Below, in pieces: positions 63,454 through 64,000 of a stretch of DNA of 64,000 nt. Source of the stretch: Candidatus Poribacteria bacterium (GTDB lineage Bacteria > Poribacteria > WGA-4E > JAJDTR01); the NCBI GenBank assembly GCA_965222225.1, contig CBDCTK010000002.1, positions 2,720,001 through 2,784,000 of the forward strand. Reading direction: 5' to 3'. The notes beneath the pieces are model-generated. The model ran no database searches and was not told where the DNA came from. It saw only the letters and a program-made list of their open reading frames with translations. The position numbers and the translations under genes are program-made. Position 1 is the first letter of the stretch; the number at the start of each line of letters is the position of its first letter.

Positions 63454-64000
63454 ACTTTGATGAAAAACCAATGATTTCAGGATATCCTCTGAAATGCTTC
63501 TTCAACATTATTTTCAGATTTGCGATCCGCTCGACAAACTCAAGTATAGAGGTCTTAATGTCGAACATCTTAATTTGATTAAGGAGTGCAACATCCGGCG
63601 ATTCTTCCTGTCTGAATTGCTCGACAATCCTTGCCTTGTAGGATTGATTTATCATCTTTGAAGCATTTGCAGTTTTGACGTTCGAAAACTGATTGCGGTC
63701 GCCAAGAACTAGTATCTTCTTGGCTCGAACGAACGCGGGTAGCGCTCGAGCGATGGAAACCTGGCTCGCCTCGTCAATAATAATTAAATCGAATAGCTCT
63801 CGCTCTAAAGGAACATACTCAGCGTAATCACGAATACCAGCAATCATTACAGGAAATGCCTCTCGGAGATCGGCAAAAAGATCTTTTGGGAACTTCTGTT
63901 TCTTCTGAATAATGGTCTTTATCTGTGCTGCTGTGTTTCTCTTTTCGTTCGCGAAAGCAACGACACGGCCGTCAAGGGTGTCGGCCAATCGCCGGGTATG

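Larger units (their letters stand above)
59760..64000 (-). pseudogene. SF1 (DNA2/NAM7-like) helicase with Vsr/DUF559-like nuclease, Zn ribbon and DUF5710-like tail, interrupted by two IS
   Basis: IIDEASQ, LGDRNQ, HFR, VITPF, CQGEE, RLNVGFSRAK, VDF...IEYDG; removing both IS restores IIGFSSKYFYGGSLQAVKIRG. Confidence 0.85.

Overview
Bacterial window whose gene content (many PhyH dioxygenases and Gfo/Idh/MocA oxidoreductases, LamG, a C-terminal 'WGELK' motif) suggests Candidatus Poribacteria; this is an inference. It holds a partial acnA, a PyrR-attenuated pyrimidine operon (HD hydrolase-pyrR-pyrC-GNAT-carA-carB, no pyrB), sugar-catabolism genes (GH95-like copies, GH127-like, PfkB) and tRNA-Asn followed by a defence-type island. 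Mobile DNA includes two identical IS701-family copies, an IS1595-family element and MITEs. The main finding is a tandem triplet of Selenoprotein N (SELENON)-like genes at 43.7-47.5 kb. The ORF track splits each at an in-frame UGA in the motif SC-U-GSG, and each UGA is followed 17 nt later by a conserved SECIS-like hairpin. Other notable signals: a dispersed ~35-nt repeat with covarying stems around tandem G-A pairs, a circularly permuted LamG domain inside a membrane protein, and a helicase-nuclease gene hit by two IS elements at nearly the same site. All family assignments come from motif recognition by eye; no searches were run.
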